DNA of 64,000 bases from Eledone cirrhosa (Eukaryota). The translations under genes and the position numbers were made by a program. This document shows positions 51,295 through 62,389 of this stretch, in pieces (within the stretch, counting starts at the first letter, position 1; every line of letters begins with the position of its first letter). A model generated the notes under the pieces. It searched no databases. It was not told the origin of the DNA and saw nothing but the letters and a program-made list of their open reading frames with translations. The stretch lies in the NCBI GenBank assembly GCA_964016885.1, contig OZ024747.1, positions 42,408,001-42,472,000 of the forward strand, written 5' to 3'.

Positions 51295-52038
51295 CTGAAA
51301 CAAAACAATTTTTATTCATTTTTTTTTTTAGATTATTTTTTCCAGGAGTCATATTCATGGTTTGTTTTTTGTTTTGCTAAATCTGGAGGATGGGGCAGTG
51401 CTTATGGTCTTCATGTGCCCTTCAAAACCAGAGAGAGAGATTGCTGTCATTGACATTCTACTGTAAGTCGACACATAGAAATACATGAATGGGGAGGGAG
51501 GATTGTATTTTATAATCTCACTTTGAAAGGCATCAATGTAATCATTAGCAGCTCATCTTCCTGATGTATCAAGTGATACTTGTAAAGGTGCTTAGCTGTT
51601 ACAGTGCCTCAATTTTTAAATCACACATGGTAATGTTATAAGTGCTTTCAGTCATCTCAAAATTTTTTAGAGGGAAACACCAGTATTCCCTGTTCATCAT
51701 TATCATTGTTTTTACATCTACCACTTTCCATGCTGGCATTGGTTGGACAAGTTGTCACAATCTGATAACAGACAGGTTGGTATGACCTCATGTTGGTCAT
51801 ATATTCCATATTTGGAATGGTTTCTACCGCTGTACTGGATGTATCAGTATGTAATTGATGGAATATGCAGGTCTTTTCTTTTTGTCTTTCCAACTCATTT
51901 ATTATTGTGAATGTCTGTTTGCTTTGTTGATTGTATGTGCCTGCATTTCAAACTGATATTATCACAAATTTGTTAATTTAGAACTTTTGATTTCTTAGCT
52001 ATAGGATTTCATGTAGAAGGCGATATAATTATATTTAC

Positions 52039-52175
52039 CATGCTTAGCTTCCAGTTCACAAAACCAAATAGGTTTCTCAATCTTTTCATAATAATATCGT
52101 AAAAATTGTCGCTCAGCTTTTTCTTTTTCAGTTTGAGTCACTTCACTGCCATTGAGGCATGAAATATTTGGTAAA
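52039..52175 (-). CDS. TBCEL: TBCEL-like exon
   Basis: LPNISCLNGSEVTQTEKEKAERQFLRYY...ELEAKH; ttaAG/GTAAAT. Confidence 0.88.
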
Positions 52176-52479
52176 CTTAAAAAAAAAAACAACAACAAAA
52201 TGTATATAATATATTATGCAATACATTTATAATAATAACAGAATATATATTATTACAAAAAATAACCACATCACATCATTTAATAAGTTGACCTGACAGT
52301 GTAATTATTTATGTAATATAAATAACTGACAGAATTGACAGAAATTATAAGCTATACATAATATCTGACAATATGGATATTTATGAAATATAAATAGCTG
52401 ACAGATTTGACTGAAATTAGAAGTCATACATGATAAAATAGCACAAAATGGAGAAAGTTCAGAGACGGCCTCTATAATA

Positions 52480-53735
52480 TAATAATAATAATGAAATTAT
52501 TGTGTACAGTGCTCAGGTGCACTACAACTCATCAAAGGTGCATGTATAGTACATAGGGCAATGCACAAACATCAGGAAAATGAACAGTGCACGAGTCATG
52601 ATACACACATGTGTGCATGTGTATGGAAGGGGTACATCAGGTGTAGTTTTGGCGTATTTCGGGAAGCATGAGTGTCTTAAAGGATGCAGTGACTCGGCAG
52701 CTAACAACTGATGCAAGCAGTTTGTTCCATGCTTCAGCAACTCTGAGCGTGAAAAAATGTCTACGAAAGTCATGGGAGCTGTGCTGTTTTCTGATTTTGT
52801 AGGCATGTCCACGTGTGTTAGAGACATGGAGATCAAAAAGGTGCTCAGGGTTGCAATTGGCGAGATGGTTAATAACTTTGTGGGTATTCACCAAGTCCAT
52901 TGCCAGACATCGGAGCTTCAATGAATCCATGCCCAGGGAAGCAAGGTGTTCAGAGTATGGTAGGTGTCTGATGGAGGGTATGCGCTTGGTTGCACATCTC
53001 TGAACAGTTTCCAGGAGGTCAATGTTCTGAGCAAGATAGGGGTTCCAGACTGATGATGCGAATTCCAAGTGTGGTCGTACCATAGCTGTATACAGTTTTA
53101 AATAGATGGCTGGAGAGCGGCTAACAAAGGTCTTGCTGAGTGATGCCAAGATACCCTCAGCCTTCTTGACAATCTTAGAGACATGCTTTGTCCAACGCAA
53201 ATCGCTGCTGACAGTAATGCCCAGGTCACGTTCACAAGAGGACTTCTTGATATCAGTGTTGTGGAGGGAGTATGTGGACGCTGGATTTTTCCTCCCAAAA
53301 TGCATGGTGGTACACTTGTCCACAGCCAGCTTCAGTTGCCAGTCTGTGATCCATTGCTGCATTGTGTCCAGGTCTGATTGTAGGAAAGAGTTGTAGATTT
53401 CAGGATCAGTCCTTTTTGATTTCAAGGTACAGCTTGATGTCATCTGCATATTTCAGTACCGTGGCATTCTGTAAGTTGGCATCTATGTCATTAATATATG
53501 CCACAAACAAAAGGGGACTAAGAACAGATCCCTGTGGTACACCAGATGACATCTCATATGGTGAAGAATGCTGTCCTAGAACCGTGACTACTTCTTTTCG
53601 GCTGAGAATGAAGGATTTCAACCAGTCGAAAAGATCATCCCTCACACCCATTGCAGAGAGTTTTACCATAAGTCTTTTGTGTGGCACAGAATTAAAAGCC
53701 TTAGCAAAGTCAAGGTAAACAACATCCACCCATGA
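52480..53735 (-). mobile_element. 5'-truncated CR1-clade LINE
   Basis: VDVVYLDFAKAFNSVPH, GVPQGSVLSPLLF, YADD, ERDLG, VRPHLEFASSVWNP, TRGH; (ATT)n tail; one frameshift near 53410. Confidence 0.9.
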
Positions 53736-54461
53736 GCCGCTGTCAGAAGTTCCCATTTAACATCATAACCCATTTTAGTAAACCAGTTATCCTCTGTAAA
53801 CCATTTTTTAAAGATATACTTCAATATAGTATACTTAAACTTTGGTACTTTTTGGAGAAATATTCCTCAGTTTTTGTTTGCAGTAAATGTGTTATGGCCC
53901 TTATATCTACGGCTTATTGTTTAGCTCCTGGTCACCCCATATCAAACAAATCTGTGATTAATAGCATTTCAGCTATTGTTTATCTCCAGCTGAGCTGGGG
54001 ATAAACAATAACAACAACAACACTTGTCTGATGTCATACTTGCCTCTACCACCACACAACTCTCAGTCACTACCCACCCAGGCTGAGGAGACAAGTGCTG
54101 TAGTGTTGAAATGTAGTTAGTTCCACAATAATGTAATAGTGCAGGTTCTATGATAAAAATGCACCCAGCCAATACTGCGAAGATGTAGTGATGGCACCGT
54201 GATGAAATGCATTGAACCAGCACAGTAAAGAGGCAGCAGCAGTGCCACAATAAAAAAGCACATGGAGTAGATGGCATTAGGAAGGGCATCAAACCATAAA
54301 ACCCTGTCAGAATGGAATGTATGAGCAAGGTGTAGACATCTGATTTGTCTAGCATCAGAATGTCACAATCCGTCTAACCCATGCAGACATGGTAAATAGA
54401 CATAAAATGATGGGGATGCCGATAAGTTAATACAAACTAAAAATATTAAGTATTCTCTTAC

Positions 54462-54520
54462 CTAGCAATGTAAAGTTTTCTCCGTTCTTCAGATGAAAGA
54501 TCCAATAAAAATGGTATATC
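54462..54520 (-). CDS. TBCEL: TBCEL-like exon (LRR cap)
   Basis: DIPFLLDLSSEERRKLYIA; ttAG/GTAAG. Confidence 0.85.
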
Positions 54521-54865
54521 CTAATTATAAAGGGAAAAAAATTAGTAAAAAATTGTAACAATGCAAATCGGTTTGTTAGATATAAGTTTCAGGTAAACTG
54601 GAGGTCTGTAAAGTCTCCTACATCCCTCTGAAACTTTTGAAAATCATGAAACTTGTGAAATCAGTAAAGTTATAAATTATTGTAAATAAATATTCTTAAA
54701 GACTCCAATTGTATTCTCAACTTTTTTTTACATATATATCACCATCATCATCATCATTTAACATCTATCTTCCATACTAGCATGGGTTAGACGGGTTTGT
54801 CCCATTTAGGGGCAAGTTGGGTCAGGTGACCGTGTCTCGCTCAAATATATATATATATATATATA

Positions 54866-55420
54866 TCATCATCATCATTTTATGACTGCTTTTTCCTGCT
54901 TGCAAGAGTGGCATGGGTCCTCTTCAGCACAGCATCTCTCCATTCGTCACGGTCTCTTGTCATCTCCTCTGTGAGCTTCAGCGATCCGAGGTCAGCTCTC
55001 ACGACCTCCGCCCATATTTTTCGTGGTCTTCCTTCCACTGGGATTTCTTGGCACTTCTTATATATGTATGTGCGTGAACGACCAAGCATAGACGAGTTGA
55101 GAAAGAAACTGGGTGTAAGAGGGATAAGTTGTGGTGTGCAGAAGAGAAGGCTGAGATGGTATGGACATGTGATGCGCATGGAGGATGACCAATGGGTGAA
55201 GAAGTGCCAGGAAGTCCCAGTGGAGGGAAGACGCAGTAGAGGTAGACCACGAAAAACATGGGCGGAGGTGGTGAGAGCAGACCTCAGATCGCTGAAACTC
55301 ACCAAGGAGATGACGAAGGACCGTGACAAGTGGAGAGATGCTATGCTGAATAGGACCTGTCCAACCCTTACAAGCAGGGAAAAGCGGATGTAAAATGATG
55401 ATGATGATGATGATGATGAT
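54866..55420. mobile_element. Two RTE LINE 3' ends fused head-to-head (inverted pair)
   Basis: 54866-55058 is a minus-strand copy and 55065-55420 a plus-strand copy; each ends outward in (GAT)n then (TA)n. Confidence 0.85.
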
Positions 55421-55642
55421 ATATATATATATACCTGATCACACCAAAAAAGAGTTTTGGTCTTGAAATTATGACAATAGTTTCAGTTGGTTGAACTTTG
55501 TTTTCCACTTGTCATATTTGAAGAGCAACACTCTCTTTGTATACATACATTTTATGCAGACTGATCCTCTCAATTATTTTGCCTTATCACACACACACAC
55601 ACAAACACGCACATATGTGCAAAAAACATGGTCTTAACTTAC

Positions 55643-56336
55643 CATCAAGCGAACAGATTTTAAGGCAGGAAATTTTCTAAGTTGTGATACTTGTTCCCAT
55701 CCGTTAACTAATGTTTTACTAAGACACAAAGTATGTAATTTCTCAAAAGGTCTACGGAATACCTTCTGGTCACAGAGATAATCCTCCTCATTTATAATAA
55801 AATTGGAAGAAATACTGCTTCCACAACCAGAATCATTGAATTGTGGACTGTCACAGCCAGAGACTTCTAATGTTTCTTCAATCTCCTGTTTGGAAGAATT
55901 ACTGTTTGGATCAGTGTAAATCACATTTTTGTAGTTGATATCAATAGGCTGGGATTCCTTCTGACTTTCTTCACAATTCTGTTTCATCTCAACATCCTGA
56001 AAGCTGTCAGTGTCTGACCAGGTTTTGCTGTTGATATCTGTGAATTGTTCATTCTGGGATCTAGACTGACACTTCTCAGTAATATTAAATACACCAAGGT
56101 ACTGCTCGTAGGGGTCAGAATCAGCCAAGAGAAGTTTTCTACGGACATTGGAAAATTTCAATTTGTTTTCACGCGGAGAATTCTCTGCAGAGAACAACTC
56201 TGATTTCTCTGGAGTTTCAAAGGAATATGCTATTTCTAATTGTTCAAAATGATAAAATATTTCATCCATTGGATTTCCTGATAAAACAAGTGATTTTAAA
56301 TTTGACAGATGGCGTAGTTTCCAGATCTCATACCAA
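55643..56336 (-). CDS. TBCEL: TBCEL-like large exon (LRR + acidic insertion + LRR)
   Basis: WYEIWKLRHLSNLKSLVLSGNPM...FEKLHTLCLSKTLVNGWEQVSQLRKFPALKSVRLM; ttccAG/GTAAGT. Confidence 0.88.
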
Positions 56337-56574
56337 CTGGAAAGAGAAAGAGAAAATTGTTTTCATAAACTATTTTGAATTATGTTTAACACTATTGATA
56401 CCAAACTACCCCTGGTTCCATGACATAACACTACTTGTTTTAAAGTGTTCATATTTCTTTTAAATAATAAAAAAACTTAATCATATTACTTAAAATTCCA
56501 GAATTCTTGATAATTTTCAAAGTTAATTGAAAATCAAAGGCATATTCTTTAGGAATACGGTAACAAAAGGATTA

Positions 56575-56737
56575 CCGTACTTCTCGGTGCCAAAGATGCT
56601 TCATCCTTGAGGATGCACCCTAATTTTGACAACCAAAAATTTGAAAAAAAAATAAACAACCTTCAGCCCCAGAACGCATGGTAGATTTTTGAGACTTATT
56701 TTAGGAAAAAAGTAGTCTCCAACACCGGAAAATACGG
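56575..56737. mobile_element. Tc1/mariner-pogo-type MITE
   Basis: TA|CCGTACTTCTCGGTG ... CACCGGAAAATACGG|TA. Confidence 0.7.
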
Positions 56738-57154
56738 TAATTAAAAAAGATTTACAAACTGAAGTTTACTGGACAAGGCAAAAATGTACATAGAATTCTT
56801 TCCTTTTTCTTTTATTAGTTTCATTCATTCAGACAAAGTTTTAATCATATCAACTTCAATATTTTGTCTGGTACTTATTTTTATTTTAATCTTGTGAGGG
56901 ATGAAAGGTAAGTTGACCTTTGTATAATCGTGCATAACATATACACTCAGGTACAAATATATAGGGTAAAGATCCCCTTCAATCATGAATGACCATGGGG
57001 TTTGCACCTAGAAAGTTCCCTTCTGAGGTACAAGGTTGTTTGTGGAAGACCAGCAGTCGCCCAGGCAGACCAGTGTCGCCTATCCACAATTGCAAGCCCA
57101 ATGCTCTACCCACAAAGCTATGTGCCTTTGTGTGTGTATATATATATACATATA

Positions 57155-57345
57155 CAACTCAGCGAGGAAAACACCAACGCCATACGCAGAGCCATCAGAA
57201 GAGAGGGGCTCAATATTAAACTAGCTTACTGTGGATGTTCCCTGCGAAGATGCCTCTCCACAAGGCAACCCCCCAATGAGGATAACGGATGCACTCTAGC
57301 CAATTGCCCTATCCGCAACACTAATTGTTGCCTACGTAGTATACA
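57155..57345 (+). mobile_element. Short Penelope-like fragment
   Basis: EENTNAIRRAIRREGLNIKLAYCGCSLRRCLS...CPIRNTNCCLR, homologous to 22640-22815. Confidence 0.8.
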
Positions 57346-57370
57346 GTGATAAATATATTGAAAATCATAC

Positions 57371-57452
57371 CTGTGTATATGGTTATCATTCATCCATATA
57401 GATTGCACTCTCTGTATTTTGTTCAGATGAGTACAATCCAGAGCTGTATAGC
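57371..57452 (-). CDS. TBCEL: TBCEL-like exon (LRR)
   Basis: GYTALDCTHLNKIQRVQSIWMNDNHIH; ctAG/GTATGA; phases fit both neighbours. Confidence 0.82.
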
Positions 57453-57584
57453 CTAGACAAATAAAAGACATTATATTTAGTGTAAATAACACACAATGAC
57501 ATAAGATGTTTATTTGTTAACATCCTGAAATCAAAACACATCACAAGAAATACATATAGTTGTGAATTAATTATTATTATTATT

Positions 57585-57777
57585 AATAATTGTTTCTACT
57601 TTTGGCAAAAGGCCGGCAATTACCCAGTGTATTACTGGTACTTTATTTTATCGACCCCGTAAGGATGAAAGGCAAAGTTAACCTTGGCGGGATTTGAACT
57701 CAGAATGGCAAGGGCCGTAACTCTATGCGTCAAAGCATGGCGTCCGACCCTCTACCGATACTGCCAATCCACCGCCC
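57585..57777 (-). mobile_element. SINE family A
   Basis: Near-identical reverse complement of 8374-8560. Confidence 0.88.
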
Positions 57778-58166
57778 TAAAGGTTATATAATAATATTAT
57801 ATAGCCAAACAAAAAAATGGATCATTTGATTCATTTGTGAAAATTCCAACTTCAGATTTTCCTTAACTTTTATGTGACTATATATCTCTAATGAAATACG
57901 TAATGTATATATTTCAATTAATTTTTGAACATAATTAAGAATATTAAGAGATTTAGTAAAATAACATTTTTCATATGAAGCTGAAAAAAATCCATTTCCC
58001 ATTTAGAGGAGGAGGAGGAGAAGAAGAAGAAGACAAAGGCTATTATAAACATTTAAAACTATGACTCAAAGAAGCTAAATATAACTGCTAATTGTTAATG
58101 CAATCAAAAGATACTGAAAAATAAAATATTTAATAAAGAAGTACAAATATATGATAAATATAATAC

Positions 58167-58305
58167 CATTTTGACATAAATGTAGATCTTTTAGAGCAGA
58201 TAGGTGTTCACACAGCTGAAGGACATCCTCCCATTTAACATTGGTGCAGTTCAACACAAGGTTTTCTAAAGTAGGTAACCTTGTTTGCCAGTTTTGAATA
58301 TAATT
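58167..58305 (-). CDS. TBCEL: TBCEL-like exon (LRR)
   Basis: LPTLENLVLNCTNVKWEDVLQLCEHLSALKDLHLCQN; tacAG/GTAT. Confidence 0.88.
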
Positions 58306-58365
58306 CTGTAATAAGAATAATAGTTAGCAATTAATAAATTGGTGGATAAAATAAAGCAACTAAAA

Positions 58366-58940
58366 TAATTGTTTCTACTTTAGGCACAAGGCCAGCAATT
58401 ACCCAGTGCATTACTGGTACTTTATTTTATCGACCCCGTAAGGATGAAAGGCAAAGTTAACCTCGGTGGGATTTGAACTCAGATCGTAAAGGGACGTAAC
58501 TATGCTGGAAAGCATGGCGTCCAACCCTCTACCAATACTGCCAATCCACCGCCCTTAAAATAATGATTTCTAATTTTGGCCTAAGGTCAACAATGTGAGG
58601 AGGGGAAAGTCCATTACATTGAACCCAGTACCCTTACTGGTCCTCAAAATCTCGGCGGGATTTGAACTCAGAATGTAAAGGGCCATAACTATGCTGCAAA
58701 GCATGGTGTCTGACGCTCTAATACTGCCAATCCACCATCCTTAATAATAATAATAATTGTTTCTACTTTAGGCACAAGGCCAGCAATTATTCCAGGGTAT
58801 TACTGGTACTTTATTTTATCGACCCCATAAGGATGAAAGGCAAAGTTAACCGGGATTTGAACTCAGACCATAAAGGGTTGTAAATCTTTGCTGCAAAGCA
58901 TGGCATCCCACCCTCTACCGATACTGCCAATCCACCGCCC
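58366..58940 (-). mobile_element. Three tandem SINE family A/A-like copies
   Basis: Three heads (CTGCCAATCCACC) at ~58545, ~58730 and ~58930, each with a B box. Confidence 0.85.
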
Positions 58941-58979
58941 TTAATTATAATAATAATAAAATTATTGATGATTACTTAC

Positions 58980-59171
58980 ATTGTAATTGTTTATCTTGTT
59001 ATGGCTGAGATTGATAAACTTTAAACAGGGTAACTGTGCAATAACAGGTAGTATATCTGACCAGCATGTAAACAAATTGCTGGACAAGTCAAGGTCAATA
59101 ACATTTGGACAAAGGGTACACAGGCCTCTCATGGGTATCCCAGCATGATCGATTTCATATTGGCTTAACAC
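58980..59171 (-). CDS. TBCEL: TBCEL-like exon (LRR)
   Basis: VLSQYEIDHAG...LCPNVIDLDLSSNLFTCWSDILPVIAQLPCLKFINLSHNKI; tgcAG/GTAAGT. Confidence 0.88.
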
Positions 59172-59291
59172 CTGCAAATGAAATATTTGAGAAGATTTAT
59201 TATATTTATATATATGAGAAGGCTCAGCAGGGAAAAACAGCATGGCATAACAATATAATGATGATATATATTAATTTATTAGTAGGAAAAA

Positions 59292-59617
59292 GGGTGTTGT
59301 TTCCTTGAGCCAGACACTTTATTTTACATTGCTCCAGTTTACTCAGCTGTAGAAATGAGATGATAGGACTGGGGTCCCTATCATTCCACTGCAAAGTGGT
59401 TGTGGAGGTGCCACAGCAAAAAAAAAAGTACCCAGTCCACATTGTAAAGTGGACGTGTAGGTGCCATGGAAAAAAAAGCACCCAGCACTCACTGTAAATG
59501 AGGTTGGTGTTAGGAAGGGCATCCAGCTGTAGAAATCAAGCCAGAATCAGTTCCTGTCCCACTCTTGCAAGCAGGGAAAAGCGGACGTAAAATGATGATG
59601 ATGATGAATGATGATGA
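59292..59617 (+). mobile_element. SINE family B (5'-truncated)
   Basis: Matches family B body and RTE-type tail. Confidence 0.85.
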
Positions 59618-62199
59618 TTTAATGGCCAAGTGGTGAGACTTATTACTTTGGAGTTTCATTTGTGAATTTGCAGGATCATCAGACAGTACTTGTTTGATGA
59701 TCCTGTGAGTGCGCAGGTGAAACTCCTGAGTAATAAGGCTTACCAATTAGCCATTAAATGAATATATGTTTACATGTCTACATATTAAATATGTATGTTT
59801 ATATACACACACACATATATATATATGAAAAACAAAATGTGGCACCAGCACTACTACATTACAGTGTGGGCTGCATGCATATTATATAAACACACATTTA
59901 TTTTGTAGTTCATAATACCCTATAACACTTTTGAAAGTATCCTATATGTTATCTGATAGCCTCCATGATTTTAATTGATCCAAGAAAAATAGTAGCTTAA
60001 ATTTCCCTCCAATTACCACATTATAAAATGATGAATGCATTAGTGCCTGCAGTCCTAGATTTTCTAAGTTTGAAAAAATAAATGGGATAGTCACAACTGG
60101 AACACCTTTCATCATATGTTTCCTTGATCGAGAATGATGATACTGATGCAACAACATCAAAACAAAAACAAAAATAACTTATGGATTAAAATTGAAGGGA
60201 ATATAGGTGAGTTGTTGGCTTTTATTTTCATATTTTTAAATTCCTCGTAAATTTGAAATGTTCAGTTGTATTTAGGAGTAAAAAAACTATAATTAAACTA
60301 TTCTTTACTGGCACTTTTTGGGCTTTCAAATTAACTAAGAGTTCTCTTATCAAATTATTCAGTTTTGAAGATTAACAGGCTTAGGAAACATATTTTATTA
60401 ATATTAACTCAGAATCATGCTACAAGTCTAAATATAAATATTCCAACTAGCCAGAGAAAATCTAGATGAAAAAGAAATTTGAATTTTTTATGTGGTAGAA
60501 GATAATTCCAAAGCAAACTATTACATATACACATTATAAGCACATTCCAGGTGATGCTAGTCAGAACTGATAATGTAGTCTACATATGGTATGGGTAAAA
60601 AATCTTTAGGTGGTTGAGGTGTAACACTGTTTGGTAACAAAAGTTTTATGACAACATTTTTTAATGAGGTAGACACCATAGTGTAGGAAGTGAAATTAAT
60701 AATTTAATCAGATAATCATTGTAATGTAGGTACAGATAAGTGGAGTTAGTAATTTAATTAGCAAATCAATATAGAAAAGGTACAGGCATGGGGAGTTACT
60801 GATTTAGTTTTTACTCCCAGTTGAAACCATTTCACTTCACTTAGATTGCTAATATTAGAGGGAAAGGCATGGATGACACAACATTATTCTTTCCAAACAG
60901 CTGCTGGCCACTAATCCTGCCTTTTTAGATGTTTTTAATGCACTTGCTCAGGATCTGAGATATGTGAGCTTCAATTTATTCTAAGTCCTATGTCACTGGT
61001 GCTTTAAGAAAACAACACCAATTATCAACCCGGTGCATATCAATGAATCAGAACAACAGAATTTTTATTTTATCCTTCTTCATGTCTTTCTGTTTTTTTC
61101 TATTCAACTTCTAGTTATCTGATGAGGTCATAACTGTTGCATAACGGTTACCACTGAAATATATATAAAAGCAATTATAAATAAATGAAGTGAATTATAA
61201 CCTGTTGACTTGTACTTCATGATTATAAATATACTCCGGAGTAAACAGACCTACTTGTGTACTTTGTTGAGTGCTCTACTCTGCATACAGAAGTGTCGCT
61301 GATAAGCACATACTTTAATTATATATATAATATACATTATATGTGTTATGTGTGTGCATGTATGTGTTATTATATTAGATGCCTACTAAACCTGATTTGC
61401 CCTGAGCCCCCCACGGTCTAAATCTGGTCCTGCCCTGTGCTTAAACAACACCAACAGAGCCTACACGCTGTGTATAATGGCTGTAAGTCTTAGAAGTTCA
61501 GCTATATTGTTGTCATACGCCACCAGATCTGTCTTCATCTAGCAAACCTATGGTTAAATGTCTTCAAACTGTGATTATCCCATCTTTTTCTTTTTGCAGA
61601 AGGTATTAACCAATGTGTCCTTGGGATGGGATTTGGCAGAGACCACTATTACATCATCATCAACACTATTTTAGATCTATTTTCCATGCTTGTATGGGTT
61701 AGATGGGTTATCATCTTGTGAGGTTAGACAGTTCAGATGACTGTGCCTTGCTCATACAATCCATTCTAGCACAGTTTCTATGGTTGGGTGCCCTTCATAG
61801 TGCCAACCAATAGTTGCTATTTCTAGCGAGTTGAGTGAGTGCATTGAGAGCTCCCTTGACACTAGTTAAGGTATGTTGAGTGCTGCAGCATTTACTTGCT
61901 CAATCCATAGAACACATATGAGAATGATGACTTTATAAGCAGGTAAAGATATTTGAATATTGATTCCTTGCCCGGGCACAGGAATTGAAGCTTATAGGCG
62001 AAAGGAAAGTTCTGTTTTACTACTTGTTTCCAGAGATAAACAATACACACATATACACACACAAATAACCTAATTCATTTAAATATAAACTTGTTTTATA
62101 TGTATTGTGTATGTATGTTTTTGCATTGAGTGTGAAACAATGTGTAAACAAATTAGTTTCTTAATATATACATGACTAATCTTGATATAAAAAATTAGT

Positions 62200-62378
62200 G
62201 AATGTATATATGTATGTGTTTATGTATGTATGTATCTGTGTATGTATATATGCATGTATGTGTGTGTATGTGTGCATGTATGTATGTATGTATATATATA
62301 TGTATGTGTGTATGTATATATGCATGTATGTATGTATATATGTGTATGTGTGTATGTATATATGTATGTATGTGTGTT
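62200..62378. repeat. (TATG/TGTA)n compound microsatellite
   Basis: Direct inspection. Confidence 0.9.
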
Positions 62379-62389
62379 TTCTCTTTCTC

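Larger units (their letters stand above)
49779..59171 (-). other. TBCEL: Gene span (5' exons uncertain): tubulin-specific chaperone cofactor E-like protein (LRR + C-terminal UBL)
   Basis: Eight exons join in frame (1638 nt including stop); LRR motifs, ERRKLYIASLPNISCLNGSEV, AERQFLRYY, GKLKPLVDIDL. Confidence 0.85.

Noticed and set aside
49779-59171. Calling the LRR gene TBCE
   Set aside because: No CAP-Gly domain seen, and the LRR-cap/UBL motifs (ERRKL.IA.LP, ERQFLRYY, GKL.PL) fit TBCEL better; orthologue versus paralogue remains open
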